From Verrucomicrobiota bacterium (GTDB lineage: Bacteria; Verrucomicrobiota; Verrucomicrobiia; Palsa-1439), in NCBI GenBank assembly GCA_900299315.1, contig OMJI01000097.1, forward strand, positions 1 to 51,621: 51,621 bases of DNA, given 5' to 3'. Position numbers and translations under genes: made by a program. Below, in pieces: positions 26,834 through 35,929 of this stretch. Under the pieces are notes generated by a model, which did no database searches, was not told the DNA's origin, and worked only from the letters and a program-made list of their open reading frames with translations. Within the stretch, counting starts at the first letter, position 1; each line of letters starts with the position of its first letter.

Positions 26834-27937
26834 CTACTTCTTCTTGTTACCGGGGTTGCCGGGCCCTGTGCCGGTACCATCGTTCACTGGCGGATTGCCG
26901 GGAGGCTGCGGGTCTTGGCCATTGCCCAAACCGTTATTCCCTTTTCCACCACCGCCGCCGGTGGAACATGCGCCGAGTGTGTCGCCGTGGGCGAGATGCG
27001 ATTGGACGGCTGATTCAGCGACGTCGATGGTCTTGCCGTTGTGGCAAATGGTCACTTTGCGTTGGGCGCCGTGACCGGTAATTTCCTTCGTGGCCCGAAC
27101 CACGGTGGCTGCCGGCACGGCGGCCGCCGTGATTACTTGGTTGTTTTCCACGCGAACAGAGCTGCTCTCGAGGGCGTCGCGGAGTGGTTTACCGGATGAA
27201 TGCGACGCAAAGGTGTCGGCCATTGACTTCGCCATATCGCGCCATGCGGCCACGACCATACCGACCTGTTCGGCCGTATCGTTGTCTTCCGTGAAGAAGC
27301 TAATCTCGTTCTTCCACTCGCCAAAGTTCAACTCACCTTTCGCCACGACGCTCTTCACCCGCGTTCGCAGGCTGCCGGGAAGGTATTTACCGGCGTTGGG
27401 CATGACGGCCACCACATACAACGGATCCACCGTCATCTCGCGTAGGAACGTCAAATCTCCGCCCAAACCCGCCTCGATCGCGCGTTTCGAAGCGGCCACC
27501 ATCTTGGGATCACCCAAATAGCTGACCCGGTCATAAACCAGACCAAGGATGTTCTCGGCAGAATGGTAGATGTCATCACCAACGCGGGCGTGAATGGTTC
27601 CGTCAGGGTTCAAAACCCCGGCGGCCTGCAATTGGGAATCCCGGAAAAGTTGAACCACCAAGTCTGTCACCTTGCCGGCTTTTTGGCGGTACATGACAAC
27701 CATCACCGAGGGAGTGTCGGGTTCCTTGGAAGCATCCGGTGATTCCAGCAATGCCGCTACCGCGGGAGCCAGCGCGGAATTCTCCGGTAGAGATTGCCGC
27801 AAGAGCGCCACGAAATTGGCCTGCTGACCGGGAACCTCTTGGATCTTGGTGTTAGCTGTCCCCGCTTGGACGATTCCAACCGTAGCCAAGACGCCAGAAG
27901 CCAAGACTGCCAACCCCATCAAAATCTTCTTTTTCAT
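26834..27937 (-). CDS. secreted hypothetical protein with Gly/Asn/Pro-rich C-terminal tail
   Basis: Start trimmed to MKKKILMGLAVLASG signal peptide; distant paralog of the 30021..31055 product; tail GGGGGKGNNGLGNGQDPQPPGNPPVNDGTGTGPGNPGNKKK. Confidence 0.7.
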   Translation of the reverse strand: MKKKILMGLAVLASGVLATVGIVQAGTANTKIQEVPGQQANFVALLRQSLPENSALAPAVAALLESPDASKEPDTPSVMVVMYRQKAGKVTDLVVQLFRDSQLQAAGVLNPDGTIHARVGDDIYHSAENILGLVYDRVSYLGDPKMVAASKRAIEAGLGGDLTFLREMTVDPLYVVAVMPNAGKYLPGSLRTRVKSVVAKGELNFGEWKNEISFFTEDNDTAEQVGMVVAAWRDMAKSMADTFASHSSGKPLRDALESSSVRVENNQVITAAAVPAATVVRATKEITGHGAQRKVTICHNGKTIDVAESAVQSHLAHGDTLGACSTGGGGGKGNNGLGNGQDPQPPGNPPVNDGTGTGPGNPGNKKK

Positions 27938-28051
27938 AGTCACCCCCAGATGCAAATCCGGTGCCATCAACTGAAGTACTTTCACCGATGAGAAAGGGCC
28001 TGTCAAATGGCAAAGGCTTCTGCCGGTGGGCCAAAAAAGTACCTGAAAAGG

Positions 28052-30058
28052 CTAGGGAGTACCGGCAGGGGATTTCCGATTGCGAGCGGCCACGCGCTCT
28101 TTTCGTTCGCTGATCTTTGCCAACGCCTCGACAGCTGCATCGCGAACCAAGCTGTTTTCGTCATTGACGGCTTTGTTGAGCGTATCGACGGTCGACGGGT
28201 CAGCCAACTCGCCGAGCGCCCAAGCGACTGACGCGCGGACTCGCGCTTCGTTTTCTTTCATCAAACGCACATTTTCAGGGACAGAGCCCGCAATTACGCC
28301 CTCTTCAAGGTCACGGGTGGGCACGGCGGCGGTGTAGTAGGGACGAACCGCTTGTTCAAGTGGATCAACTGCGCTGGGATCACGAATTCTTCCAAGAGCA
28401 ACGGCCGATTCCGCACGCAGCCCAGGGTCTTCGGACTTTAGCCCCTTTTGCACGATTGTGCCGACTGCGTCCGGTGACCGCAATGCACCCAAGGCCTGCA
28501 CGACCTGAATCTTCTCCTCAATCTGTTTCTGCCGCACAACCTCCGGGAGGAGTTTCGTATCCGTACCGATTACCAGTCCCTGCTCATCCGATGCGTCTCC
28601 GAGCCGACGTTCGCCGGTAAGAACGGTCAGCAAGGGAGCCACCGCCGTACGATCACCCAACTTGCCAAGGGCTTCAGCGGCCGCACCGCGAACATAACCG
28701 TTCGAATCACGAAGCATAGCAATCAGCTTGGGTACAGCATCATGATCCCCGAGATCGCCAAGTGCTCGCGCCGATGCCGCACGTACATGAGGGTTGGCAT
28801 CGGCGATTTTCTCTTGCAGAGCTTTCGTGCCGCTGCGCTGCTGCAGACCGCGCAATGCTGACACGGCAGTCAAACGAACGTTGGGGTCCGAGTCTTCCAC
28901 GGCCTCCACGATCGCCGGTACCTGTGCGTCGCCGCCAATCGCCCCGAACACCTCCACGATTTTCTGTCGTACTTCTGGATTTTCACTATGCCGATACTCC
29001 GCGAGTTGCGGCAATGCGCTGACAGCCTTGGCTGTCACAATGGCGCGGGCTGCGTGGAACCTGACATCCCGGCTTTCGGCCACAACCGCCTTCACCAGCG
29101 CCGCAACGGCGGCTTCATCGGCGGATGTCGCCAGCGCATCTGCCGCCCGGTCGCGTACAAGGGCATACTCATCATCCTGCAACTTGCTGATAAATGCCTG
29201 GGTGACTTGCGGCCGCTTCTCGGGGTCCTGTCTCACCACTCCCGAAAGCGACATAATAGCCATCGCCCGGACGTGCCAGTCGGAGTCCTTCATGGCATCG
29301 AGCAAAGCGGGTATCGAAGCAGGATCCTTGAGATCACCCATCGTCATGGCCGCAGCGCTTCGCACCAACACACTCGGGTCATGGAGCATCGGGATGATTG
29401 ACGGGACAGCGGCTGGAGTTCCACAGGTTCCGAGCGCCCGGGCAACTTCCATTCGAACGTGCTCGTCGTCATCCCCCAACGCATCGACGAGTTGGGACTC
29501 GACGCTCTTATCTCCCACCCGACAAAGTGTGCCCGCGACGAGGGCGCGAATCTTCGCGTCCGAATTCTTCAGCCCAGTAGCATTGGCGGAAATGGGAGTA
29601 AGACTTTTCAACCGGACCAAAGCCCCGGCGGCAGTCAGACGGACGGTTTCGGTTTTGTCTTCTAGCATCTTCCAGAGAGCAACTGCACCGTCGGATTCAC
29701 CCAAGTCGCCCAGGACCATCGCTACCAATGTCCGGACTTCCACCCGCTCGTCTTCGGCAAGCGCCGAGACTTTCACAACTGACCGCTCCTCATTCTGGAG
29801 GGACGATTGAATAAACTGAACTGCCTCGACTGGATAAAGCCGATCAAAACGCAATCTCTCGTAGGCGCCTGCCAGCTTCGGGTCGCGAGGTGCCGGGGAG
29901 TCAATGCCCCAAGCAGGGGCCAAGAATGCCGAGGTCAGCCCCAGAAGTGTACCGGCCAATAGACTTTTCTTAGACGACAAATGCTTCCTCCCGGACACAA
30001 ATCCAGTCACAGCACCATTTTCAACTCGGATAGCCCGGGCCACGATGGATTCGACCAA
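28052..30058 (-). CDS. secreted HEAT-repeat protein (about 650 aa)
   Basis: About 15 HEAT-like repeats (D.D..VR..AA.ALG.LGD..AVP.L); start uncertain (track start overlaps upstream gene by 38 nt; GTG at 29998 is possible). Confidence 0.8.
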   Translation of the reverse strand: MVESIVARAIRVENGAVTGFVSGRKHLSSKKSLLAGTLLGLTSAFLAPAWGIDSPAPRDPKLAGAYERLRFDRLYPVEAVQFIQSSLQNEERSVVKVSALAEDERVEVRTLVAMVLGDLGESDGAVALWKMLEDKTETVRLTAAGALVRLKSLTPISANATGLKNSDAKIRALVAGTLCRVGDKSVESQLVDALGDDDEHVRMEVARALGTCGTPAAVPSIIPMLHDPSVLVRSAAAMTMGDLKDPASIPALLDAMKDSDWHVRAMAIMSLSGVVRQDPEKRPQVTQAFISKLQDDEYALVRDRAADALATSADEAAVAALVKAVVAESRDVRFHAARAIVTAKAVSALPQLAEYRHSENPEVRQKIVEVFGAIGGDAQVPAIVEAVEDSDPNVRLTAVSALRGLQQRSGTKALQEKIADANPHVRAASARALGDLGDHDAVPKLIAMLRDSNGYVRGAAAEALGKLGDRTAVAPLLTVLTGERRLGDASDEQGLVIGTDTKLLPEVVRQKQIEEKIQVVQALGALRSPDAVGTIVQKGLKSEDPGLRAESAVALGRIRDPSAVDPLEQAVRPYYTAAVPTRDLEEGVIAGSVPENVRLMKENEARVRASVAWALGELADPSTVDTLNKAVNDENSLVRDAAVEALAKISERKERVAARNRKSPAGTP

Positions 30059-31055
30059 TCCCCTTGGAAAGTGCCTGCACGAACTTCGGCAAGGCGCGCT
30101 CGATTACATCGCCAGGCATCATCATCCGACTAATCACAGTTGGCCCTTCCGCGCGAATCTGCGCCCGCGCTAATTGTTGGAGAGCAACCTCCGACTGCTC
30201 GGCGCCAGCGTACCGGACACGACCCACCCCGACCGCCATCATCCGCATGTCAGAAAACAACTGTGCGAGCTCCTCGGCGCGTTTCTGGTCATAGCTCAAT
30301 GCAACAACTTCAGCCCGGGCCTCATCCATCGAAATCTTGCCCTTAATCAGCATGGCTGCGAGATATGGCCGAAACTGGTCCGTCAGCAACAGCCCCGGTT
30401 CGGGTACAACGGCGATGAACGACACCGGGTCGTGGAGGTAGTCTTGAATGACCGGGTATCGGTTATTGAGAACAGCCTCGATGATTTCGCGCTGCTTCTT
30501 CTCTGTCTCGCGGTTGGCGAGAACCAGAATCTCACGACCGGCAAGAGAAAGTGTGGACTGGCCGATAGCGAAGAATCGATCTGGTAACTGCGATTTCCAA
30601 TAGCCCTCCGAACTGAACGCCGGTAGCTTCTCAGGCATCAGGTTCCCGAACACATGAATGGCCACATCACGCAACTCGCCTTCTGCCCGGTAGGTCACCA
30701 ACATCATGGCCACGTCGCCTTGCGCGAGTTTCGGGTCAACGCCAAGCGCTTGCGTCAGTGCTTCCTTGATCTGCTCGAGCAAGGGTGGATTGTCGCCAAA
30801 AGCCATCTGGAGGAACGCCGGGGAGAACTCCTTGCGGGCCGGTGCCTTGACGATCATCTCCTGCCGGCGGACAGCTTCCTGAACGACTTTGCGAACTTGG
30901 TTCGTTTCCAGCACGAGCCTTTTCGCTCGTTCGGTTACATTGAGCGCCAAGACGCCCGCCGCGAGAACGAGCACCACCAGCAGACTCCAAACCACGACAT
31001 TTGCTTTGGTGCCCTTCTTCTTAACGATTGTGGTCGTTTTTCCGCTATTTGCCAT
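30021..31055 (-). CDS. membrane-anchored hypothetical protein (344 aa)
   Basis: Basic N-terminus, one TM helix (VVVWSLLVVLVLAAGVLAL), large extracytoplasmic domain; shares segments with 26834..27937 product (e.g. AMMLVTYRAEGELRDVAIHVF vs VMVVMYRQKAGKVTDLVVQLF). Confidence 0.7.
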   Translation of the reverse strand: MANSGKTTTIVKKKGTKANVVVWSLLVVLVLAAGVLALNVTERAKRLVLETNQVRKVVQEAVRRQEMIVKAPARKEFSPAFLQMAFGDNPPLLEQIKEALTQALGVDPKLAQGDVAMMLVTYRAEGELRDVAIHVFGNLMPEKLPAFSSEGYWKSQLPDRFFAIGQSTLSLAGREILVLANRETEKKQREIIEAVLNNRYPVIQDYLHDPVSFIAVVPEPGLLLTDQFRPYLAAMLIKGKISMDEARAEVVALSYDQKRAEELAQLFSDMRMMAVGVGRVRYAGAEQSEVALQQLARAQIRAEGPTVISRMMMPGDVIERALPKFVQALSKGIGRIHRGPGYPS

Positions 31056-31073
31056 GTTCGTGCTCCCTCATGC

Positions 31074-31712
31074 CTACTGCGGGGCGATCGAGGCGCCGCC
31101 TTGTCCAAACTTGATCGGCTCATCTTCCCCTAACAACTCCCAACCGGTGTCATAGCCAATCTTATCGGCCACCGATCGCGCAGTCCGGAACGCATCAAAA
31201 CTATCATCTCTAACGAGAAAAGCAATATATTGACTTTGCTTGTCAAGCTGCGCTAGCGCACTCTGGAATAGACCGCTAGGGGCCTGAAGTTGCGTAACCG
31301 CTTCCCCCTTGGAACCCGGTTTAGGCTGCAAGGCCATCACACCCACTAGGAGATACTTGGGGTCAACCGAGTAATCCTGATTTCCAATCTCTTCCCCTTG
31401 AATCGCTTTCAAGAATTGCGAAAGGTCGCCACTACGCACACCGGGATTCATCTGTGACAACTTCTTGGCTACTTGTGAATCGAGCGCATCCTTGTTCACG
31501 TAAAAGACCTCGTGATTCCGGCACTCAAAAAACACAGGGGTCTTGTTCGTTGGCACCGCCCGGGGCGTCGGTTTGAAAACGGGGATCTTCAAAGCCTCTT
31601 GAATGGTGATCAACAACGCAAAGAACAACGCGGCCGTCACCACAGTCACGATGTCGCAGAACGAGACGATCAACATCTCCGGCTCGCCCTTCTTGATTCG
31701 TCGGCGGGGCAT
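31074..31712 (-). CDS. ExbD/TolR-like membrane protein (divergent, 212 aa)
   Basis: Short basic N-terminus, single TM (LIVSFCDIVTVVTAALFFALLIT) then periplasmic domain; assignment rests on architecture and position after a MotA/ExbB gene. Confidence 0.55.
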   Translation of the reverse strand: MPRRRIKKGEPEMLIVSFCDIVTVVTAALFFALLITIQEALKIPVFKPTPRAVPTNKTPVFFECRNHEVFYVNKDALDSQVAKKLSQMNPGVRSGDLSQFLKAIQGEEIGNQDYSVDPKYLLVGVMALQPKPGSKGEAVTQLQAPSGLFQSALAQLDKQSQYIAFLVRDDSFDAFRTARSVADKIGYDTGWELLGEDEPIKFGQGGASIAPQ

Positions 31713-31717
31713 AGTCC

Positions 31718-32215
31718 TTAATCCTCCGATACCTGAAGCGCCTTCGTGGCCTCATCCCAATTGACGCGGAAATCCGCATCAACCGCATCGTAGCCGACGT
31801 CGACAGTTCGCTTTGCGATGCGATTCCGAATGGCCCGGTAGTACTTCAACGACTTGGGACGCACCATCACGACTACGTATTCTTCCGCGCTATGCGCCTC
31901 GACCTTATCGAGCAACTGGTCCACCGGATTGCCAGGGCGCTGTAACTCCTCCCACGAGACATGCTTCGCACCGGGGTAGATGGTAACGTTATTCTCACCG
32001 CAATCAATGTACGAGGGAATCTTGGCATTCTCGACGTTGCCTTTGCCTTCGTACAACCCGGCAAACGCCACGACACGCTTAGCCTTCGGGTTGACCGCGA
32101 TGCGCATGACGATGACGACCATGATCAGGGAGATCAACTTCATCACGATCGCCATGATCGAGAGAAACGGTTCGACGTTGATGTCGATTTTCTCGTATGC
32201 CTTGCGACGCGCCAT
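31718..32215 (-). CDS. ExbD/TolR-like membrane protein (165 aa)
   Basis: IDINVEPFLSIMAIVMKLISLIMVVIV resembles the ExbD INVTPLIDV...TM signature; periplasmic C-domain. Confidence 0.65.
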   Translation of the reverse strand: MARRKAYEKIDINVEPFLSIMAIVMKLISLIMVVIVMRIAVNPKAKRVVAFAGLYEGKGNVENAKIPSYIDCGENNVTIYPGAKHVSWEELQRPGNPVDQLLDKVEAHSAEEYVVVMVRPKSLKYYRAIRNRIAKRTVDVGYDAVDADFRVNWDEATKALQVSED

Positions 32216-32230
32216 GGTTCCTCCGCGGCG

Positions 32231-33961
32231 TTACAGGCTCTCGTCGGCGCGGGCTTCCTGGAACACCACCTTGCGCGGCTTGGACAACTGCTTGAGCAAC
32301 TCGTCGCTCGTGTTGAGGTGACTCCGGATGTTCGCCAGCGTCTGCCGGAACTCCTCGGAACTACCCACCTGACGGAGCGTGCTTTCCATGGATTGCGTGG
32401 TGCGCAACACCTTGTCGATTTCGTTGCCGAGTTTCGTGACCGCCTCCAACTGATCCACCAACGCCTGCGCCGAGTTCCTAATCTGCTCGGAGTAACGCTG
32501 GCTGGCGGAGTCGAGTGCCTGCACGGACTTCGTGAAGTTTTCGGACAGACGGACCGACAACTGGTTGAAGTCGGAAACCATCTTCTCCCAGCGTTGGATT
32601 TCCTTGCGATCGAGTTCCTGAACTGCCTCGACGTACTTGTCGTGAGCGTCGCTCATGGCCTCGTTCTGTTCCTTGCCCAGCGTGGCAATCTGCTCCGTCA
32701 ACTCCTCAAACTTCTCCGCCAGTTTCTGCTCGTTGCGGGCAAACACTTCGAGGTTCTTCTCCTGCGTCTTGCGGAACTCATCCATCATCTTCGCGGCACC
32801 GGAATTAAAATTACCGGCCACGCCTTCGAGCTTGCCGCCAAGCTGTGAGCCCAACTCGCTCACCCGTCGTTCGTAATTGGTCTGGAACTCCTCGTACTTC
32901 TGATTGATCGCATCTGCAGCCTTCGTAACGGCGCGCGTGAAAACTTCCTCATACCGGTCGGGATTGGGTAACCGCCGGAATCCAGCATCGATTGCTTGGG
33001 CCAACTCTTCCACCGGGAATTTCGTCTGTGCCTCCAAGCCGGACAAACCCTCACGGATAGCATTGGTCAACTCCTCAACAGGGAACTTGCCCACCGGACC
33101 ACCACCACCACCGCCGCCGCCACCACCGGAAGGCATGCGCGACAAGAGCCGGTCTTCCACCAGCTCATCGATCTCGGCGAGCACCTCTTCCTCTTTTCGT
33201 TCCGCACCCAAGCTGGGGAACGCAGCCATACCAGCGGTCAACAGACCCAGCAGCGTGCAGTAAAACGCCACCGCCAAGCCTTCGGTGATGTGACCGACTT
33301 GGACTTTGATGCCTTCCGCCGTGACGCCGGCACCCGCCAAGAATTCAGCGAAGCCACCGATACCAGCCGCGACACCGAACACCGTACCAACGAACCCGAG
33401 CAGCGGCATCGCCCAGATGAACAACCGGTTCTTCCGGTAGGACGAATCGGACGCCACCGCGTCCAAGCCGGCCTGTTCGCGGGCGTACTCAGCCGTCCGC
33501 TCAAAATCCCGCGTGTTGATCCACATCGCCAATACGCGCGCGACGCGCGTCAGACCGAGACTGTTCGTGAGATTGGGGTTGGACTTGATTCGCTCGTAGA
33601 CCGAGATCAACTCATCCTCATTGGTGAAGTCGAGATTGTCCGGCAACTGAATCTCCCCAATCATCTGCTTCTCCTTCTTGATGCGCGATATCTTGAGGAT
33701 GATGTTCAGGGTCGACAGCGCCCACACAAACAACGTCGTGCCTTGGAAGATCAGACGTTCGATATTAAATGTGTGCTCGCCTTTCCGATTGCCCAAGATC
33801 AAGTCGCGGACAAACCAGTTTGGACCCACATACAAGATCGCGCAGAAGATCGCCACGAACGCAAGCGCCCCGCCGATCATGACCATTGTCGGGACTTCCG
33901 TGTGGGGACGCTCGTGGGTTGGAAACTCAACTTTCTTGAAATCAGAGACTTCAGTAGCCAT
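32231..33961 (-). CDS. MotA/TolQ/ExbB-family proton channel protein with poly-Gly linker and long coiled-coil C-terminal extension
   Basis: TM helices plus MotA_ExbB core (WAMPLLGFVGTVFGV...ITEGLAVAFYCTLLGLL), then GGGGGGGGGG (nt 33098-33127), duplicated KFPVEEL motif and about 270 aa of heptad-like helical sequence. Confidence 0.85.
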   Translation of the reverse strand: MATEVSDFKKVEFPTHERPHTEVPTMVMIGGALAFVAIFCAILYVGPNWFVRDLILGNRKGEHTFNIERLIFQGTTLFVWALSTLNIILKISRIKKEKQMIGEIQLPDNLDFTNEDELISVYERIKSNPNLTNSLGLTRVARVLAMWINTRDFERTAEYAREQAGLDAVASDSSYRKNRLFIWAMPLLGFVGTVFGVAAGIGGFAEFLAGAGVTAEGIKVQVGHITEGLAVAFYCTLLGLLTAGMAAFPSLGAERKEEEVLAEIDELVEDRLLSRMPSGGGGGGGGGGPVGKFPVEELTNAIREGLSGLEAQTKFPVEELAQAIDAGFRRLPNPDRYEEVFTRAVTKAADAINQKYEEFQTNYERRVSELGSQLGGKLEGVAGNFNSGAAKMMDEFRKTQEKNLEVFARNEQKLAEKFEELTEQIATLGKEQNEAMSDAHDKYVEAVQELDRKEIQRWEKMVSDFNQLSVRLSENFTKSVQALDSASQRYSEQIRNSAQALVDQLEAVTKLGNEIDKVLRTTQSMESTLRQVGSSEEFRQTLANIRSHLNTSDELLKQLSKPRKVVFQEARADESL

Positions 33962-34068
33962 GGCGAGAATACTCCTCTCCTAAGGATTGCGGTGGTTGCT
34001 TATTGTTCGGTTGCGCCTGCATCATGACAAACGCCAGCTGCACGTGACTACCCTCACAGTGCGCGCCG

Positions 34069-34096
34069 ATAATATCGTCCGAGTTGTGCTTGTCAA
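34069..34096 (-). promoter_or_regulatory. sigma-70-type promoter candidate for the MotA-like cluster
   Basis: Minus strand TTGACA (34096-34091), 16-nt spacer, TATTAT (34074-34069), about 100 nt upstream of ATG 33961. Confidence 0.35.
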
Positions 34097-34104
34097 CGCC
34101 CTAA

Positions 34105-34749
34105 TCACAAAAATGCGACTTGCTCCAAGGCCAAGCGCGACTTAGGCGTCCGCCCCACCTCGCCATCCCAAAATCGCCACACCAATTCCCGCGCCTCCCG
34201 GACCTGCGCCGCGTTTAATTTCACCCGTTGCGCCGCAGCTAGCGTCGACCCGGTGAGTGATTTCAACATCCGGTCAACTCCCGCCCGTGTCTCCCAACGC
34301 GGCTCCCAACCGGCTAGCGCCAGCAACCGGAGCTCAAACCAGATCAGCAATGCCGGCCGCTTGTCCTCCCGGCCCAGCGCTTCCAAGACACCAGCCAGCG
34401 CTTCAAAAATCCCCGGCTGCGCATCCTCCAATTCCGTGATCGACTCAACCAACTCGCACGCGTACGCCGCCGCCGTCAGCGCGGCCACCGAGCCGCGCAA
34501 TCGCCGGTAGGGATTCACGAGAAAACAATCTGTGAGCAAATGCAGTTCACCCCGCCGGCTGGGCAAATAGAGAATCTCGTCCTGATAAAAGAGGTCAATC
34601 TTGCCGACCAACGGCCCCTTCACCCGCCGCGCCCCCTTCGCCATCGTCTTCAGCTTGCCGGCCTCGCGCGTGAACCACGTCACCACCAAGCTCGACTCCG
34701 TCACCGGCTGCTTGCGCAACACGATCCCCTCCGCGCGCGCCGCCTCCAT
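34105..34749 (-). CDS. recO: DNA repair protein RecO
   Basis: Start trimmed to MEAARAEGIVLRKQP; OB-fold N-domain (VVTWFTREAGKL..AKGARR) and helical C-domain typical of RecO. Confidence 0.85.
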   Translation of the reverse strand: MEAARAEGIVLRKQPVTESSLVVTWFTREAGKLKTMAKGARRVKGPLVGKIDLFYQDEILYLPSRRGELHLLTDCFLVNPYRRLRGSVAALTAAAYACELVESITELEDAQPGIFEALAGVLEALGREDKRPALLIWFELRLLALAGWEPRWETRAGVDRMLKSLTGSTLAAAQRVKLNAAQVREARELVWRFWDGEVGRTPKSRLALEQVAFL

Positions 34750-34753
34750 GGCG

Positions 34754-35455
34754 CTACGTAGTTCCTTCTGGCTTCTGACTCCTGACTTCTGACTTCTCCC
34801 GATACGTCGGCACCACCGCGCCACCCGAGATGATCAACTTCATCCCCTCGCCCACCGTCATGTCGAGGTCGATCACCTGCTCCTTCGGGACCAACGCCAG
34901 CCACCCACTCGTCGGGTTCGGCGTCGTCGGGAAGAACACATTGATCATGTGCTGTTTTGTCTTCGCCTGCGCTTCTCCTTGCGCCTCATTCGTCACGAAC
35001 CCGATCGTGTACACCCCCGGCCGCGGATACTCCACCATCACCACCCGGTCGAACACCGTCTTCTTCCCGCCGAGCATCGTGTCGCTGACTTCCTTCGCGA
35101 ACCCGTAAATCTTGTTCAATACCGGAATCCGCAAGATCAGCGACTCGGTGAACCGCACCATCTGCTTGCCTACCACCAACCGCGTCACCCACCCCAACAC
35201 AATCGTCAGCACGACGAACAACAGCAAGGCAATCACCCGGTACTGAAACGGCACCGACCCGTCCGGCTCCCGCAACACCCGCGGAATCAGCCAGCCGGTA
35301 AACGTGTTGAACAACCACAACAACGTCCCCACCGACGCCGCCACCGGCACGATCACCAGCAACCCCGCGAAAAACGAATTTCGCAGGTCCCGGACCCAGT
35401 GCTTCTCGCCGACCTCCGGGGGAGCGGTTTTCGACCGCGACTCCGCCTCACTCAT
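34754..35455 (-). CDS. DUF502-family membrane protein
   Basis: Start MSEAESR overlaps CDGSH gene stop (ATGA); TM hairpin FFAGLLVIVPVAASVGTLLWLF and conserved IPVLNKIY, GFVT, FFPTTPNPTSG segments. Confidence 0.8.
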   Translation of the reverse strand: MSEAESRSKTAPPEVGEKHWVRDLRNSFFAGLLVIVPVAASVGTLLWLFNTFTGWLIPRVLREPDGSVPFQYRVIALLLFVVLTIVLGWVTRLVVGKQMVRFTESLILRIPVLNKIYGFAKEVSDTMLGGKKTVFDRVVMVEYPRPGVYTIGFVTNEAQGEAQAKTKQHMINVFFPTTPNPTSGWLALVPKEQVIDLDMTVGEGMKLIISGGAVVPTYREKSEVRSQKPEGTT

Positions 35456-35694
35456 AACTTCTTGTGCGCCCCGTCGCAGAACGGCTCCTTGCCGGTCTGC
35501 TTGCACTGGCACAACCACACCTTCTTCTTCGCCTCGATCTTCAACTCCATCGGCTCCAACCCGGTGCCCTTGTGCGAGCCATCACAAAACGGCTGATTCT
35601 TCGACCGCCCACACCGGCACCACCAGTAAGTCCCCGCCTCCAACTCCAACGCCGCCGGCGCCTTCGCCGCAATCACACGCTCCGCCATGATCAT
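35452..35694 (-). CDS. CDGSH iron-sulfur domain protein (two CDGSH motifs)
   Basis: CRCGRSKNQPFCDGSHKG and CQCKQTGKEPFCDGAHKK. Confidence 0.85.
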   Translation of the reverse strand: MIMAERVIAAKAPAALELEAGTYWWCRCGRSKNQPFCDGSHKGTGLEPMELKIEAKKKVWLCQCKQTGKEPFCDGAHKKL

Positions 35695-35788
35695 CTCCTC
35701 CTGTTGTTGCCGCGCATCCTAGTCGCCACCCCCGGCACTGTCAACGCAACCACCGGCAACGGGTGTGATTCAAAGTCTTGGACAGACC

Positions 35789-35836
35789 CTGTAGCCGAGG
35801 CGTAAGCCTCGGCTGAAGCTTACGCTTCAGCTACAG
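35789..35836. repeat. REPIN-like doublet of GTAG-headed hairpins (copy A)
   Basis: CTGTAGC-CGAGGC-GTAA-GCCTCG-GCTGAAGC-TTAC-GCTTCAGC-TACAG: two inverted GTAGC+hairpin units closed by CTGTAGC/GCTACAG. Confidence 0.6.
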
Positions 35837-35929
35837 CTTCCAGCGGTGCCAAAACTCGGAACCCTACCCACCGGGAACATTTTCCTTCCCGGTGTGTCTC
35901 ATCGGGCGTATGACAACCCTCAACCGGAG

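Noticed and set aside
31074-33961. MotA-like + coiled-coil tail considered as a Zorya (ZorAB) defence system
   Set aside because: The partner proteins look ExbD-like with no recognisable OmpA/peptidoglycan-binding domain. There are no ZorC/D/E-type helicase or nuclease genes, and the neighbours are secreted HEAT-repeat proteins. The resemblance is limited to the tail architecture.
34770-34800. Short CTGACT(C/T) tandem repeat at the DUF502/recO junction
   Set aside because: It has only about three units and lies in the overlap of a gene end and a spurious 5' extension. It is most simply a small coding duplication (SEVRSQK) without further signal.
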